From Candidatus Saganbacteria bacterium (GTDB lineage Bacteria; Margulisbacteria; WOR-1; O2-12-FULL-45-9; XYB2-FULL-48-7): 47,957 nucleotides of DNA. Both the position numbers and the translations under genes were made by a program. Shown here in pieces: positions 45,841-47,957 of the stretch. Every line of letters begins with the position of its first letter. Positions within the stretch are counted from its first letter, which is position 1. The notes beneath the pieces are model-generated. The model saw nothing but the letters and a program-made list of their open reading frames with translations, did not search any database and was not told the DNA's origin. Location of the stretch: NCBI GenBank assembly GCA_016939335.1, contig JAFGHC010000029.1:1-47957 (forward strand). Reading direction: 5' to 3'.

Positions 45841-46653
45841 TTACCACGGCTCCGGTATGTCCTTTATCTGCTCCCAGGTAAAGACCGGCCCGTCTTTGCA
45901 AACAAAGTACTTGCCCAGGTTGCAATGAAAGCATTTGCCGATCCCGCAGCTCATGTTCTTCTCCATCGACAGATAAATATTTTTCGGCGCGAAGCCCATC
46001 GCCAGCAGGCGGGTGTTGACGAATTTCATCATGATCGGCGGGCCGCAGACGACCGCGACCGCGTTGTTCGGATCAACATCGTCGTCTTCGAGGATCGTTG
46101 TCACCAGGCCGACGTTGCCGGTCCAGCCCGGCCCGGCCGTGTCGACCGAGATCACGATCTTCGTCTTTTTCCGCTTCTGCCACTGCGGGATGGCGTCTCT
46201 GTAAGCGATATCGGCCGGCGTGCGGGCGCCAAACCTGACCTCGACTTTCTTCAGGTGGTCGATCTCGTGGTCCAGACCGTAAAGCAGCGCCCGGAGCGGC
46301 GCGAGGCCGACCCCGCCGCCGATCACGTAAATCTCTTTGCCGTGAAAATCCTTGAGCGGGTACGGCTTGCCGTACGGGCCGCGCAAGCCGACCGGATCGC
46401 CCGCTTTTAACTGATGAATGAGCGAAGTAACGGAGCCGGCCCGCATGATCGTGAATTCGAGTGTCTCGGTTATTCTGTAGTCGGAAGAGGGAGTAAAAGC
46501 GCACTCCCCCGCCCCGGGCACGGTCACCAGCATGAACTGCCCCGGCAGGAAAGCCAGCGGTTTTTCCGGCCGGAAAAGAAAAGTCTTGATATTGGACGTT
46601 TCGGTAATGACCTTTTCCGTCCTGGCCTTGACCGGTTTGTAAAGATTCTCCAT
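45841..46653 (-). CDS. FAD/NAD(P)-binding [2Fe-2S] subunit (AsrB/HydG/FlxA-like)
   Basis: PGQF, RGPYG, GGGVGLAPLR, CGPPIMM, MSCGIGKCFHC, CKDGPVF; start 46653. Confidence 0.92.
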   Translation of the reverse strand: MENLYKPVKARTEKVITETSNIKTFLFRPEKPLAFLPGQFMLVTVPGAGECAFTPSSDYRITETLEFTIMRAGSVTSLIHQLKAGDPVGLRGPYGKPYPLKDFHGKEIYVIGGGVGLAPLRALLYGLDHEIDHLKKVEVRFGARTPADIAYRDAIPQWQKRKKTKIVISVDTAGPGWTGNVGLVTTILEDDDVDPNNAVAVVCGPPIMMKFVNTRLLAMGFAPKNIYLSMEKNMSCGIGKCFHCNLGKYFVCKDGPVFTWEQIKDIPEPW

Positions 46654-46662
46654 AAATTCCTT

Positions 46663-46762
46663 AATTAACAATTTCCCAATTAACAATGAACAACGATGAG
46701 CTATTCGGATTTTTATTGATTAATTCCTCGTTGTTAATTGATGTCATTGTTAATTGTTCATT
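46663..46762. repeat. Inverted pair of heptamer arrays (AACAATK)n...(MATTGTT)n
   Basis: AATTAACAAT...AATTAACAATGAACAA, then TTGTTAATTG...CATTGTTAATTGTTCATT. Confidence 0.75.
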
Positions 46763-46775
46763 CCTCATAGCTTTA

Positions 46776-47810
46776 CTACTCTAATTTAGCCGTCAGCGGC
46801 ACCTGCCGGACCAGCTCCGCGTAAACCTCGCGCATGTCGATATTGCCGGCGCAGGCGTCGATGCAGCGGCCGCAGCCGACGCAGGTGTAGCGGCCAAGCC
46901 GGTCGTGGGAATAATCAAACTTGCAGTGATAGCGGTTCTGGAGCCGCTGATAAAGCAGCGGGCGCGAATTCGCCCCGCCGGCCACCCGGGCGTAGCCGTT
47001 CTTCAAACACGCGTCCCATACTTTATGTCGACTGTTGACTGTCGACCATTGACTGTCGACTGGAGCATCTAAAAGGAGGAAGCAAGTGCACGTCGGGCAA
47101 ATGAAATTACAGGCGCTGCATTCGACGCAGTTCTTGGTGACCTCTTTCCACGCTTTCTGGTTTTCCAGATTGGCCTTGTGGGCGTCTTTCCAGTCGACCG
47201 AACAGCGGCACTTGTATTCGAGATTGGTCTCGTCCAGCGCGGCCAGCGTCCGCTGGCGGAGCTCTGCTTTCGCCTGCAGCTGCTCCGCGGTCGCCGCCGG
47301 CAATTCCCCGATAAGTTTTTTGCCCTTTTCGCTCCCGACTTCGACCACATAGCCGCCCTTGACCGGCGACAAATTGAGATCGAACAGCTTGACCGGGAAC
47401 GGCTGGCCGCCGACCATGGTGCAGAAGCAGGTCTTGCCGCAGCCGGTGCAGTCGGCGCCGATGATAAAGGAGTTTTCCCTCCTTTTTAAATAAAACTCGT
47501 CCTTGAAATCCCCCTCGCCAAAGACCCGGTCCTCGACCTCGAGCGCCTCGAGATCACAGCCGCGCGCTCCGAGTAGCGTCAGCGGTTTCGGTTCAGGAAG
47601 GTCGTTGACTTGCTCATCGAGCGCGAAAAAACACGCCTTGAACGGCTCGACCGTGCGGAAATCCGAGAGATTGATCGCTTGGATATTGTCCGGGGTGATC
47701 CGCTGGATACAATTTCTTTGATATTGTTCGACCGGGGCTAAGACTCTTGAGGTTTCAAGCAGTTTCTTTACAAAATCGATGAAGTTAGCATTATCAATGA
47801 AATATTCCAT
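46776..47810 (-). CDS. Fe-S subunit (AsrA/HydB/FlxB-like)
   Basis: GARGCD, C...CFC, CVECSACNFICPTCTC, WDAC, CVGCGRCIDAC. Confidence 0.9.
   Translation of the reverse strand: MEYFIDNANFIDFVKKLLETSRVLAPVEQYQRNCIQRITPDNIQAINLSDFRTVEPFKACFFALDEQVNDLPEPKPLTLLGARGCDLEALEVEDRVFGEGDFKDEFYLKRRENSFIIGADCTGCGKTCFCTMVGGQPFPVKLFDLNLSPVKGGYVVEVGSEKGKKLIGELPAATAEQLQAKAELRQRTLAALDETNLEYKCRCSVDWKDAHKANLENQKAWKEVTKNCVECSACNFICPTCTCFLLLDAPVDSQWSTVNSRHKVWDACLKNGYARVAGGANSRPLLYQRLQNRYHCKFDYSHDRLGRYTCVGCGRCIDACAGNIDMREVYAELVRQVPLTAKLE
47026..47060. repeat. Heptamer array (TGTYGAC)x5 inside the AsrA-like gene
   Basis: TGTCGAC TGTTGAC TGTCGAC CATTGAC TGTCGAC; encodes VDSQWSTVNSR. Confidence 0.88.
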
Positions 47811-47830
47811 GACGCTCCCGGATATCCTCT

Positions 47831-47859
47831 ATTCTAACGTTTTTTGGGGTTTCCGACAA
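47831..47859 (-). promoter_or_regulatory. Sigma-70 promoter of the hydrogenase operon
   Basis: Minus strand TTGTCG-N17-TAGAAT. Confidence 0.65.
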
Positions 47860-47913
47860 GAGAGTAACATGTGGAGTTTCCCCGGAATTTGGCCAAAGCG
47901 AATAAGATTGAAA

Positions 47914-47933
47914 CCACACACTAAAGTGTGTGG
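47914..47933. repeat. Perfect hairpin CCACACAC-TAAA-GTGTGTGG (REP-like)
   Basis: 8-bp inverted repeat with TAAA loop. Confidence 0.75.
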
Positions 47934-47957
47934 AATTTATCGTCGATAATTATTCCC

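Noticed and set aside
45841..47810. Anaerobic sulfite reductase asrABC
   Set aside because: No siroheme AsrC subunit; the pair leads a hydrogenase operon.
47864..47870. GTAACAT as a NikR site at the hydrogenase promoter
   Set aside because: Only a half site; no partner at the 13-nt spacing.

Overview
Bacterial chromosomal window, mostly GC-rich coding DNA with several AT-richer patches. Gene content and style suggest an anaerobic, diderm, Saganbacteria (WOR-1)/Margulisbacteria-like lineage; this taxonomy is my inference and is not demonstrated. In order: 3' end of leuS; an accessory radical SAM gene; a TIGR03960/TIGR03936-type radical SAM pair split by an insert (three paralogous small ORFs sharing the N-terminus MxNMCVDPYAKVGG, plus an MNT-HEPN toxin-antitoxin pair); rplU-rpmA-proB; a sugar locus (solute-binding lipoprotein, glmS, GH161-like and GH94 phosphorylases, GH42); a bactofilin-like membrane protein; a nickel-uptake unit (beta-barrel, NikM, NikN) with a NikR-like operator; an orphan histidine kinase; GIY-YIG / tRNA-Gln / HTH-LAGLIDADG-like genes; a shortened GlmU-like gene, ackA, pyrB, a GPH-type MFS transporter and a ferredoxin; a complete phoBR-porin-pstSCABB-phoU cluster with three Pho boxes; and a group 4 membrane-bound [NiFe]-hydrogenase operon with AsrAB-like, NuoG-like and TPR genes plus hypA. 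The main unexplained structure is: (i) many short 7-nt tandem arrays of different sequence, both intergenic (some as inverted pairs) and inside intact ORFs; (ii) a recurring sigma-28-like promoter (TGAAA-N15-GCCGATAA) in front of the accessory genes; (iii) the modular small-protein family; (iv) nested palindromic REP-like elements; (v) a nuclease-like ORF whose stop codon lies inside a tRNA. All product calls come from motif recognition by eye; no searches were run.
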